A DNA stretch of 64,000 nucleotides from Glaucostegus cemiculus (Eukaryota), in NCBI GenBank assembly GCA_976551045.1, contig CDPCPM010000575.1:186001-250000 (forward strand). The letters run 5' to 3'. Numbering within the stretch: the stretch's first letter is position 1; every line of letters starts with the position of its first letter. The position numbers were made by a program, and so were the translations under genes. Of this stretch, positions 11,691-23,793 are shown one piece after another. Below the pieces are notes generated by a model that was given only the letters and a program-made list of their open reading frames with translations, ran no database searches and had not been told where the DNA came from.

Positions 11691-14600
11691 CCTGACAACA
11701 ATCTATACTACAACATCCAGTTTACATACTGGGCAAAAAAATCCTAAGTGACCAGCACTGGCAGGAATGCAAATTAACACATGGGCCATATTATCTCAGA
11801 AGTTCCAATATTCAGATGAACAGATGGATTACTTGACAGTAAAGCAGAGTTTGTCCCTGATAATCTAACCAACATATCTCAAGCAATTTCTAACTTTTTT
11901 TGAACAAAAAACTCCCTTGTTCAACATTTGGTAAAATCTACACTTCCCCAGGCCCCCATAAACATCTGATGACAGCCCCAGTTGCTCCTTTTAAAGAGTT
12001 GGGGCTGTCTGAGCGATTGCTGGCAGTCAATGTCCCATATCTGTACTTTTTTTGTTGAACTTTCCAAATCAACTCAACCTTATTAAAGTGTCAAAGACCC
12101 GTGGTCACTGGCAACACCCTCCTCTTCCACAAGGGGGCCATACACACCAGGCTGGGAACCACTGCTCTAGGGGAATTAAATGAGATCTGATCATCATATT
12201 ATATGAGACTTATAATTCTTGTCCACAAACTTTGCTTGATGCTGTTATATTTTTTGACAATATTTACTATTCACATTTTAGTGTCAACTAAATTTTACTT
12301 ACATTTTAGTGTAGTTGAATCTCTGGCCACAAGGTGACCCTGTGGATCAATTTCCTGCAGTTTCTCAACCCCCACCGGGGCATCTTGTATATATACACCC
12401 CAAGATACCCCAGGAGTATCTTGTTCATCATACAGTCAACCCTTAAACAATTAGCCCCTGAGTTACTGCAAAGCAAACATCTTAAAAACAAAAAAAAATC
12501 CTCAATTACCCTAAGTGATTTATTTTGGCTGCAACAATTAGCTGTTCTTAATAAGTGCAAGGCTGTTAAAAATATTCCAAGTTCTGCTGAGGATTGACTC
12601 TGTACGAAACTCAGTGCCTCCTGCATGTGAGTAAAATATCCTGTACCTGAGACAGCTAATTTAGATGCTCCAAATACAGCTAAGGCCTGATATTACTTTA
12701 GCCTCAGACGTGGTCAAGTATGGAGAACCTAACGGGAGTTCAGCCGGCTTGCTACTTTTCTCCCCACCTGTACTTTACAGATTGTGGCAGGTGCTTCGAG
12801 CATGCTTGCCACTTCAAAGCGCTGTGAGCAGTTGGAAGTAATTAGACCTCAGGGAAAGAGAGAGCCAAGCTGCAAGACAATGGCAAGTGCCAGGAACACG
12901 GGGGTTCTCCAGGCACTTTGAAGTTCATTCAGTTAGACCAAAGTGGTGTTTGGTTTAGAAGAACGTGTCAGGCATCAGTGAAAGGACCACACTAGTTGAG
13001 GGCGACGGAAGGAGTCCGTTTACTAATACGGAAGAGTGTCAAACCTCCTTTAGATAATAAGCACTTTATAATTATATACAAGGGTTCATATTCTGTACAC
13101 AAGTACAATGACCCTCTTTGTACCAGCTGATTAAAGAGCTCAAAGTGTTTGATTTCAATGAATATTTTTATTAGGATAAGGATGAAAGTCTGTTTTCAAC
13201 CTTTAAACCTTCTTTACCAAGCCTCTTTTCTCCTTTCGTTCTTTTCCTCTCTTCCTGTTTTCATTCTTTTGTAACCAATCAGAAGTTACTGATTGAACTG
13301 TAGAGCAGACCCTGGATTGAAACACATGCATAAACTGTACACATCCCGAAGCGTGCAATCAATCTACACCAGGATGGTATTAAACTTAATCCATTAATTT
13401 AATATGAAATTGAATTTAATACTACATTGGTATTAAGCACACTAACCAAAATAACACAATTAAGTAAGTAATGAAACTCTGGAAAGATCTGTGCAAATAT
13501 CTTCCTCTTTGCAGAGGATAATCAAACACTGGCTTTCACTAAAACAGAAGCTTTTGGGATTATCAGGAGTGCGTATGTTTGTGATTTGGAAGTGGGAAAT
13601 ATATTTTAGTGCATGATGCAGTTCTCTCCTTCCAAGGTCCTCAGTGTTGGTGTTGGGTCCAACCATTCCCGTGTCCTCTGCCTCAATTCCCGTCGGAAGC
13701 CCCGTCTGCTCGCTAACCTCCCTCATCCTCCCCCAACGCCCGCCACACTTGAGTTGGAACGCCGAGTTCTGTCCTTCATCTCAGCCGTAATCTGTGGCTT
13801 CAGGAACTAGACACACCCACTTTGTTGTAACGTGCTTTGAGTTGACCCAAGATCCTGCAAGGAGCTTTATAAATGCAAATCTTTTCATTCTGGAGATTTC
13901 TTTTCATTCTTGCACATGTTATAAAGCAGACAGTTTCATTAATCCACATGAGGATGGTTCCCATCACCGGGGATGTCCACAAACCCTCCAGGTGCTCGCT
14001 CAAAAGACTAGTTATAGAGCAACAGAGAGCTGGCTTGCTAGTACCCCTTTCCCTTTTACATTCTAGGCAGGATTTAGAGAGCAGAGTTAATATAACGTCA
14101 AGTAAAACAGCATTCTGAGTAAAGAATTGGATTTGAGCAGGAAGATAAAACACAGTGGGTGTGCTTATACACATGACCGTCAAGTTCGACTGTAAGCAAC
14201 CAACCTGTGATGTTCATGTGCACGATGAAAGAGGAACCCTGATTTCTTACTTGTGTGTTTGAACAGATGAAATATGGGCCTACTGTTAACAGTGAGGGGT
14301 CAACTTTGCTCTGCTTGCCTTTGTCCAATTGTAAAATAATTGCCCTTGGCTAGGTCTTTAGTACTTACTGCTGCAAGAGGTTTAAAGTGAGTTCACATAT
14401 GGATGAGTGTCTTTGGATCTTGTGTGTTGGGAATTCTGTAACAATTGGACAGTGAACTTATGGTGAATCCTTGAAAAATACCCGAGACAGCTCAGCTGTA
14501 AACTGCAACAGTGTGTGCTAAAAATAAATCAGACTGTTCCACTAATGAAAACAAAAACTGAATAGTTTATGCTCTCTGTTGCTGCAGGAATTTTTAGATA

Positions 14601-14756
14601 CATCTGACTGGCTAAGCCTGGCCAGAAAATACATGGTCCACGGCATATAGAATGCTCGTATTATTGTCAGGGCCAATGAAGCATCTCATTTCACACAAGC
14701 ACAAGGATTCGATGAGACGTGACCTCCTCCAGTCACCATTGCCCATTCTGCTGCTA

Positions 14757-15325
14757 CTTCAAGATTCAAGATTGCTTTATTGTCATTGAGCCGCTGAGAC
14801 AACAGAACGAGATTTCATTGGCACTCCCATGTCAGACAATAGGCACAGTACTTAAATATTAAATAGAGAATAAATTAAGTTAGAGTTCACACTGTAGGGT
14901 TTACTTGATGTATTAGAGGGAGAGAGAGAAGAAGCGAGAAAGAACTAGTGCAATCTGTGAAATTTAAAGTCCTTGTTTAAGATTTTCCTGGCGTTGGGGA
15001 AGAAGCTATTCCTCAATCTGGCTGTGGATGTGTGGAATGTCCTGAAGCGTTTCTTTGAGGGGAGCAGACTGAAGAGGTGATGGGCCGGGTGGGAAGAGTC
15101 CTTAATGATGTTTGTAGCCTTGTTCAGACACCGGGACTCATAAATGTCTGCCAATGCGGGTAGGCGCACCCCTGTGATCTTCCGTGCCGTGTCAATCACC
15201 CGCTGTAGGCCTTTCCTCTCTTTGTTGGTACAGCTGGCATACCAGGCAGCGATGCCGTATGTCAGGGTGCTCTCTATCGCACACCTATAGAAATTGACCA
15301 GGATACCTGTTGACAAGTTCACTTC
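14757..15325 (-). mobile_element. Rex1/Babar LINE, 5'-truncated, C-terminal ORF intact
   Basis: ILVNFYRCAIESTLTYGIAAWYASC...IIKDSSHPAHHLFSLLPSKKRFR...RLRNSFFP open to the stop at 14945; tail ttcaagattcaagatt. Confidence 0.9.
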
Positions 15326-17828
15326 CTCTCTGTGCTGAACGCTCTCTCCTGAAGCACAGCACGTAACAGGACAGTCTGTGGTGGCAGAGTGGGGGGGGTG
15401 ACAGCAAACACAGAGAGCGGCTAAAACCATGAAAGCTCATAACAAGTATACTGAAAAGATGATGAATAAACCTCTGGAAAAAATACTGCCCAGATCTGGT
15501 GCCAAATATGACATTATATTGGGTAACCAATAATTGAATATTTTGTCTAATTTTATCATTTGTGAGTATTTTATGATTTATCACCTGGGCAAGTCTGGTG
15601 AAAGGTTTATCACCATTGAGGTTGCATAGGCTGGATTCCCCACCAGAAAGTAAATCTTTTACCTCAAGAACCAAAATCTTCACAGAGTCACTTGTTGCTG
15701 AAACTTGAGTGCTTTTTTTTAGAAAAAAACATGCTCGCGAAGATACAAGCTGCAGAACTTGGCTCTTGCTGGCTCTCCAGAACCAGCAGGTTAAGAAAAA
15801 CGTGAAGGTCGTTGTCCTCCAGTTCCCTGCAGCATATGGAATGAATTCACGCCACAGGATCCACTGTGTAGTTATCAGATACCACAGCACAACCAGGCCT
15901 TGTTCACAGACATACACTCCTTTCATACCTACTGGGGTACCTACCACATCACCTCCACCCCTCACTGTTTTCCCCTTGTAGGAACCCGGGATGGAAGAGT
16001 TCCAGATAATCCCAGGAACACGTATTTAAGAACTTCCATTCCACTTTGAAACAAAATACTCGAAAAGCAGCAACATCAAAGTTTTCCTGTTTTTAAGGAA
16101 CATGTTGATCTTGACTTAAGAATCTTGACTTAAGTACTTAAGTATTATTTTCTGGCATTAGTTTTTTTATTTTATGCAAGTATTCAAACAAAATAACAGA
16201 AGCACTTCACAACCAGCCCTGTTCGCGCTGAATTTCCATTTGTTTTATTGTAAAAGCCCTGCTAATCTAGGAACAAATCTTTTACACAATTAATAAATTC
16301 AGATCATTCAATTCTTCTGAAAACAAGCAAGAAGAATGTGCTTTCACAGGGAAGCAATCAACGTTATTTGCCTTGCACGCTTTGAAGTTAATCTGTGGCT
16401 CCTGAAGTGCCTCCTCCTTTCTTCCTAACGTTTCCCTGCAAAAGGAACAAATAAAAGTGAAATCAAGAGCCCCGCACTCTCTCCAAAGATTGCCTGGAAA
16501 GTTCATGATCCATTTTATTTAAACTCGGTATTCCCAGTCTGTAAACCGAGTTGTGGAAAACTTGCACTTTAAAGCTGGATTTTTTTTTTAACCCTAATAC
16601 AAATCCATAAATTTAACCAGGCTTGTGTAATTGGAAAAGTTCTTATTCAGCAATGTGTCTGGAAGCTGGATATTCCTGCTAACAGCCAATTTCTTCAAAA
16701 TATCAAATATTTTGACCAGACACCTCGCTGGTTTGGGATAGTCCAAGCGCCATGGGAAGGGAACACCAAGTTCTTCTCAACAACACCACTAATTGCATCA
16801 ACTTCCAAAACATTCTGTACTTGTAGTATGGACACAATTTTCCTGTCTTGAACCTGAAGCTGATTAAAGTGCAGCGAGTGAGATCCACACTAACCTTTCT
16901 GCAGCAGCTGGGCTGCGGATAGACACACTGTACACATGTCCCCAAAGCCTGGCGCAACTTACTTCTCCCGTCCCCTCGGCTGGGTGCTTTTGCTCTTGTG
17001 CGTTTAGCAGCAGAAGCTGCAGCCAAGGGGACGGTTTGTGTGTGTGAACCTGGGCAGGGAGAGCTGGAAGGCTGCTGGAGCTCACCAGGGGCTGGAGTCA
17101 CGCTGGTCCTTAGCTCACCTGACCCACATACACGTGTAAATCAGTACACTGTAGGCTGAAACAAGAAGTCTGGGAACTCCTGCCATCCCAACGGCTTTAA
17201 CAGAGCTGAGGATCAAAGCTGGCGTGACTCTCTGGCCACCAAATGCTTCCTTGGTTTAAAAGGAATGAAAATTATTGCCAGTCATCAGGAATGCAGCGTA
17301 GTGTGAAATCTCTATTTTTGGTACCGCATCATTTTGTTGCAAGCTGTGTCAAATGCAGTCATCTCATTGTAGAAGTCAACCAGTAGAGGAGTTAATCTGC
17401 AGCAGGAGCCTGAACCTCCTTGTTACACGCAGCTGAGGTGCAGAGATGAGTAAAAGCAAAGTGGGGCTCTGGAACCTGGAAGACTTTAGGGGCCAGGTGA
17501 CTCTGGGAACCCTTGAGAACAGAGAGTTTAGGGAAAAAGGTGGCCTAGATTCTAGGGTGACTAAATAAACTGCAGCATAATAAAGAGTTCACACATAGTC
17601 TGTGAAGGGACTGAACTTGATAAAGAGGTGATCGATGATTTTAGATTTAACTGCTTCATAAAGTGGATGAATGGAACAAGGACTGAGGGGCTGGAGATGG
17701 AGAGTGCACGTTGAAACAGGTCTGGACAGTCTTACAGTGTAAATTTGCAGATAATATCTTATTTTTGAATCCTGGACACCAGCCAAATAGATTTTTTAAT
17801 CAGTCCTGTTCATACAATCATCAACACA

Positions 17829-17834
17829 TTTATT
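17829..17834 (-). terminator. Candidate ASPSCR1 polyadenylation signal
   Basis: AATAAA on - in an AU-rich context, followed by TGTGTTGATG; other candidates exist near 16245 and 16514. Confidence 0.4.
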
Positions 17835-18513
17835 ATTTTAGTATAATTATAAGCAAAAAACACCATAAGTGCCCTTCATAGCTGGGTAAATTCATACAGA
17901 TCTGGAAAGATGGAAAATTCAGTCAATTCAAACTGCAGTAAACGCTTGCCCTAACTTCAGTCAAAGTTAACGAGACCATTGCTGTTTTAGTCTGTGAATG
18001 AGACTGCTCACCATCATCATATAGAGATCACCATCAGGTTTTGCCTAAAACACATGTTCTAGACTCTGGCAAGCCACCAGTTCGTGGAAAAGGGCTACAA
18101 TTATCAAACATCGTACCAACTGGCACATAGCTCTTTCCAAAGTACTCTGCATTAGTCAGGGTTAGGATGAGCCAGCAATCTTCTAACAAACCCAAACAGC
18201 TGAAACTCCTCTAGCTCAACAAAATCTTCAAGGCTGGTGAATGGCCAAGTTTGATGGAGCCAATTCCAAACCTCAAATCTTCACTTTTGGCTTCATTTTA
18301 GCCAACTATTCAAATCTAGAAGCAATTAGACCTGCAGTCTGAGTTTACTCTCCAAACCAATATAAAGAACTAAACAATCACTTCCATAGGCTCCTCAGAC
18401 ACATGGAGATGTTACCATAATAATGTGTAAATCCAATGGTGACTTTTGGAGTTGTTGGATTGTTATGTATTCCAATTTACCTTAGGTTGACACTCATAAG
18501 CAACACAAATAAC

Positions 18514-18559
18514 ATATTAATTAAAAAGCAAACAAAATATTAATTAAAAAGCAAACAAA
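18514..18559. repeat. Perfect 23-bp tandem duplication
   Basis: atattaattaaaaagcaaacaaa twice, abutting a Penelope terminus. Confidence 0.9.
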
Positions 18560-18562
18560 AAA

Positions 18563-18749
18563 CCTGCAGATGTTGGAAATCTGAAATAAAACCCGAATGT
18601 GCTAGAAATACTTAGCAGGCCAGGCAGCAGCTTTGGAGAAAGAACATAGAGTTAATGTTTCAAGCTAATGACCTTCAATCTCAGGTTCTCTCTCCAAAGA
18701 TGCTGTCTTAACCTGTTGAGCATCTCCAGCGTTTTCTACTTTTATTTCA
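18563..18749. mobile_element. Penelope-like fold-back terminus
   Basis: Imperfect inverted arms of about 65 bp: tgaaataaaa...ctttggagaaagaac and gttctctctccaaag...ttttatttca. Confidence 0.75.
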
Positions 18750-19908
18750 TTGGTTAACTGCTGCAGAGTGGCCTATCAACCCATCAAAACCATACTACCT
18801 TTCTGCAAGAGCAAACCATATGGTTCTGAACCCAAGCTCTTTCTCCATAGCCCTACAAGGATTTATCCAATTCTTTCTGAAACCTACGACTTATGTACAT
18901 TATATCTGATAGGTGTTATACATTAACTCATTGAGCAACTGCATTCAAGACATTTACAGGACAGATTACTAATCTAACCATGTTCACTAAGAGCTACAGC
19001 CTCTAAAGTGCCATTTTTCTGCATTAAAAGAGCGAATCGAATACAGAAGTATTTCCTTGGCTGCAATGAGCTTTGGAACAATGTGAAAGAGGCATGAAAG
19101 GCACTACAGAGATACAACGTCTTTCTTACTCTCCTTTGATCCAGGAAGAGGCCACCAGACAGTTTGTCATTGATATCCAATGTACTGCGTCCCATTTCCC
19201 GATTAACCCATCATTAATTTTAATGGCGCCAAGTGTTGTCCCCAACTTGTAATCAGAGGCTTTTTTTTTGAATTGGGTAACAGTTACTTAACAGTACTCA
19301 TTTCAATACTCCTCTACTGATGTTAATGTAAATTCAGTAAACTTAAGCTTTTGAACCCCTCGAAGGATAACATATACTGACAGTCATATTAGGAGCTGAC
19401 AGATAGGACAGCAAAGCACAAGTCCAAATTTAGTGGGCCCTTTTCCTCAGGCTGCTTTAACAAGAGGGAGTGGTAGGAAGAAGAATCATGGACACACCAT
19501 CCAGTCAGATGGGTGTAGGCAAGCGAGAGCTTCATGTGATTGGTCAGTCTGTCCACCACAGACAGGGAAGGAAGATGGCAGTTTCTGCCCGCCACACTTG
19601 TGTACCTCCTACTGCACAGCAAATGGTTTGTCAGATGGATAAGATTTCTGGTCCCACACATTCCCCCCGCACTGCGAACAACTTGTAGGGAAGCGGGAAC
19701 AGCGAAGAACTCATTAGCAAACAATTAGCCGTGTAAATAGATCAAATGAATGTAAGTGGCTGGAAGAGTCAGAGGCGCACAATGCAATCAGTAGTGCAAG
19801 TCAGGGACACACAGCAAGGGAGTTCTTCCGAAATGCTTCCCGTCCTTTTGCGTTATGTAAAGAAAAAGTTCGAGATTAAAATATTACAGGAAGAGGAGCC
19901 CCATTTAC

Positions 19909-20087
19909 CTGGCAGCTTGAGCCACTTGGGAACTTTATTCGGGTTGGTGGGAACTGGCTTCGAACTAGCTGCAGTTGCTGTAGGCTCTCTTCTCATCTCC
20001 TCGTCTTCCCTGTTCCTAGCAAGGGGTTGAAGTGCTGCTTCAGATGTCAGTGAACTAGTTGAAGGAGTTGCATACCTGGGAATACAG
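19909..20087 (-). CDS. ASPSCR1: ASPSCR1/TUG (UBXN9) exon near the C-terminus, 179 nt
   Basis: Acceptor ctatcctcttcag|, donor CCAG|gtaaat; (S)CIPRYATPS...PVPTNPNKVPKWLKLP; KVPKWLKLP matches the human ASPSCR1 C-terminus; phase agrees with the upstream exon. Confidence 0.92.
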
Positions 20088-21949
20088 CTGAAGAGGATAG
20101 AGAATGAACCTTTAGGAGCTGCACACAACTTGGACACCACTTTCAAACTTAAGTGTGCTTTCAGACCCATGCTGGGCTTTAGCAGAACCCAGCCACCATG
20201 AACAAAGGGGATTTTGTGACCCAGGAGGTAATTAGCTGATCAGAGAGTCTCAAAGCAACAGGGGTTAAATCAAACAGACAAAAGCCAGTACGCTAATCAC
20301 ACACTGCTTCCTGCTTGCTTTCGTTGCTTCAGCTGCCCTGGTTTCTCTATCTGACCTGTCTTAAAACCACATGTGCTTGTCACCTGACTGTTGAGGGTAT
20401 GTGATGGTCCTCTGTTAAAAGACTTCCTGAGGAATATAAGCAAGATGTCCTGTTGAGCAGACTAAGGACTGCTCCCAGGGTGACCTGTGCTAACATACTT
20501 GCTGTGGTTGAGTATTGTGAAGAAACAAAAGTAACCTTTGATGCACCCATTCTTATGTTTTTGATGCAGTTGCTTTCCCTGGTGCCTCAATGAGAAACCT
20601 TTAACAAAAGGTGTGAGTAGCAAAGCAGGAAGAAGCTGATTTCTATACTCCACTTTCATGACTGTGCTTCCAAGACTGGCTTGCTGTAGAATGTGGGTTC
20701 AGTGAAATGGCAGTGGCCAAATTAAGTGGTCTGTTGAGAAAGAAGGGACGAGATTCTCACTCACTTGTCTCTGGTTACAGACAGATTAGACTGCCGCTGT
20801 GAAGCAGGGCAGTGCAGATTTCAAAGTCCTGGAAGATATGATCTATTGTGAACTCCTCTGATCCCAGCTGAAGCCACTGGCAGCCGAACGATGAGTGCGG
20901 AATTTAAAGGAGATAATACAAGGAAAAGCAATTTGGTTTCTTGAGACGAGAAACAACTTTTTTTTCTGGCCTTTCATCGTCCCTATCTGAGGGAATGAGT
21001 GACGAGCTGGCTCCTGGCCTCTGGCAGTGCACCTCAGATCGTCTGCTGGGGGACAACTCTCTTTAATTTTATGCACGCGTGAAAAATCATTCAGGCTCCA
21101 CTCTGGGCCACTTACAGACAGTACGTCTGCAACCCAGAATGCAGACCTGTAATCTGTGCTCTGCACCAGTACATTACTGGAAGGACAGCCATAAAGAGCA
21201 ATGGGTGCTGAGATGTACTACAGCACTGCCCACTAAGTTATTTTAAGAGAAGATTTATCAAGATCACAGCGAGAAGCACTGAAAATGCATTCACCAAAGA
21301 AATAATGGAAATCTATTCTGCATGTCAAGAGTTTGTTCTCTACTATTTTATACTACATCTCTGCAAGAAAGTAGCCAACTGTTTATTTAGTCAAACTGAC
21401 TAGAGGGCAGGAGGTAGTTATATCTAGAAGTGGAGCTCAAACCCAACAATCCCCCATTTCCAACCAACCTTCCCCACCTTTACTGCCCTCCCCACCAACC
21501 AATGAAACATTGTGCAGTATCAGTCAATCCTGTAGACAATAAGGTTATAGTAAGACATAAAATGGTAATATAAGTTTTCTTATCTAATGTACCCACAATA
21601 ACACCAAGAAATGGCTGCAGTTTTTTTTAGAAAGTAGCATGATGCTTGTGATGAAGCAAGTGCACTTGTTCTCATAACATTTCTTTTCTGTCTTTAGTCT
21701 CAGTCTCAAGAACTGAGCTGAAGTATTAATAATAATTTTTAAAAAGGTGGCTTATTGGGTGTTTGGATCCAAATAACAAATCCCATCTAGGCATATGTGC
21801 ATTCCTGTGGAGGGCTTCTGGTCAAGGAACCCCTATGGAAAGTCATGTTACCTGCATTAGGAAGTTTTCCCACGTTGAAATATTGAAATGTGTGCAAGGT
21901 TTGCAGACTTAGAAGCTACTAATAGTTGTTCTTGGAACCGAGAGTTAGA

Positions 21950-22330
21950 ACCATAGAATCGGAGAACAGGAGACCATTCGCCACATTGTACCTGTGCCAG
22001 TTCTTTGAAAAATGTATTCAATCAGTGGCACTCCTCTCCACCCTCCCCAGAGCCCTGCCAATTTCTCCTTTTCAAGTACATATACAGACCCCTTTTGAAA
22101 GCTGCTACATCTGCTTCCAAAGCACTTCAAGGCAGCACATTGCAAATCATTATAACTCTCCATTTAAAAAAACATTCATACTTTGATAATCACCTCAGAC
22201 CCTGTTCCTCTGGTTACTAACTGTCCTGAAGCAAAAACAATTTTTTACATTTCCCCTCAATCCTCTTTAAAGAATCATCAATCCAGCTTCTATAGTTTGT
22301 CTACAAAAATTAAGTCCCTAAATGTAGGTT
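21950..22330 (-). mobile_element. CR1/HER1 LINE 3' fragment
   Basis: Tail tagaaccatagaatc...acaggagaccattcg, then cttcaaggcagcacattgcaaatc. Confidence 0.65.
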
Positions 22331-22336
22331 CAACTC

Positions 22337-22435
22337 CAATCCTGATGCAGGGTCTCGACCCGAAATGTCGACCATCTCTTTGCCTCTGCAGATGTGCCTG
22401 GCCTGCTGAGTTCCTCCAGCCATTTGCTTGTTTCA
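22337..22435 (+). mobile_element. Penelope-like terminus with hammerhead-like core
   Basis: cctgatgcagggtctcgacccgaaatgtcgac...cctgctgagttcctccagc. Confidence 0.75.
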
Positions 22436-23436
22436 ACCCCAGTAAATCTGCTACAGCCTCTCCTTGACAAGATAGTGGCTGGAACGGCACACAGTGCGGC
22501 AGGCAGGGGCTAGACTTAGTGTTTAAGTTCCAAAGGCAGAAGTGTCAGTAACCCTAGGATGCAGATTTGAAGCAATTGCAAAAGAACGAGGGGAAAATAA
22601 CATTCACCAGGCGAGTTATAATCTGAATGCATGCATTATTGAAAAGTGGAAAGAGATTTAATAACTTTTAAATGGGTATTGGCTAAACACTAGAAGAGGA
22701 AAATGTCTTTGAAAGACAAATTATAGAATGCATTCCCTACTATTGCATCTAAAGGAGTCCTTTCATTGCTGCTTTACGAAATACCCTTTTCACATTTGAG
22801 GATGCAGCTGTGAGTAAGCTATTCCAGGCACAAACAGAGAATATTTTTAATCATAAAATTTATTTTGCAGGTCAATTCCCTTTCCATCTTTTTGGTCCGT
22901 AATTTCAAAATCTAAATTACGTTTTCTTTGTGTTGTTATCTCCTTATTATTTCAGATGAATTAGTAACCATGGAAAAGGCAAACTGTTGATAAAGGCACC
23001 TGTGTTTATGAATATTGTGTGCCAGAAAAATCAACCAGCTGTAAAACATTACCTGTGCTCTTGCACTCAAACACTGAATACCTTCACAACTAAATCACAA
23101 TGTTTAAAGAAAACCCTAAATGTCTTGTAAAAATATTCATGCAACACCTTTTACGGTGAAATATCGCCATTGCAGATAATCAGTTTCAGCTTGTGAGGGT
23201 TATAAATCCCAGCCAGGGTGTACAGCAGTGCCCAGTTAGTAAAACAAAAGAACATTTATATGCTAACAACAGAATCAGCAGTTTACTGTGTGCTTGAATA
23301 ATAAAATCAGAAGTGGTTTCAATAGTGCTAGGAACAATAAAACATCCATTCACTTTCAACTGCTCAACACCACATACTCAGATCCGTGGGATTGCAACTG
23401 GAAGACTTTGAGGTGAAATGACAGCCAATGAAATGT

Positions 23437-23793
23437 CAGAATCAGAATCAGTTTTATTGTCACAACCATATACATACATAGTATGCATAGGAGCGAGATA
23501 CCGTCCTCCTCAGGTGCTCGTCCCATTAAATAACAAACAGCAGAGACACACAGACACACTGAACAAAAAAAAATATTAAAAACTACGGAAGTTTAAATTA
23601 AATACGCAGGTTAAATTAAATACAGCCGGTAATTAAGTAAATAGTTATTAAAGTGAACGGGCTGGTGGCGGGCATTTAAAGTGCTGGTGCATCTCTGTGC
23701 ACCTAGCATCTCTTAGTGTTAACAAGGAAGATGGAGGAATGAGAGAGTTCGCAGTTCTGATGGCTTGTGGAAAGAAGCTATTGCTCAGCCTGG
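23437..23793 (-). mobile_element. Rex1/Babar LINE 3' fragment
   Basis: (agaatc)n tail, and alignable by eye to 9868-10200 (catttaaagtgctggtgcat...cctagcatc...gaagctattgc). Confidence 0.8.

Noticed and set aside
12700-12990. Telomerase RNA
   Set aside because: No CTAACCCTAA template seen, and the gene neighbourhood is not that of vertebrate TERC
15285-15965. Longest ORF in the track (226 aa)
   Set aside because: No recognisable domain, non-ATG start, composition like random sequence, and it ends in a LINE out of frame
16108-16143. Short tandem repeat plus 16-bp palindrome (acttaagtacttaagt); similar low-complexity palindromes near 38642 and 55018
   Set aside because: Explained by slippage of self-complementary AT-rich units
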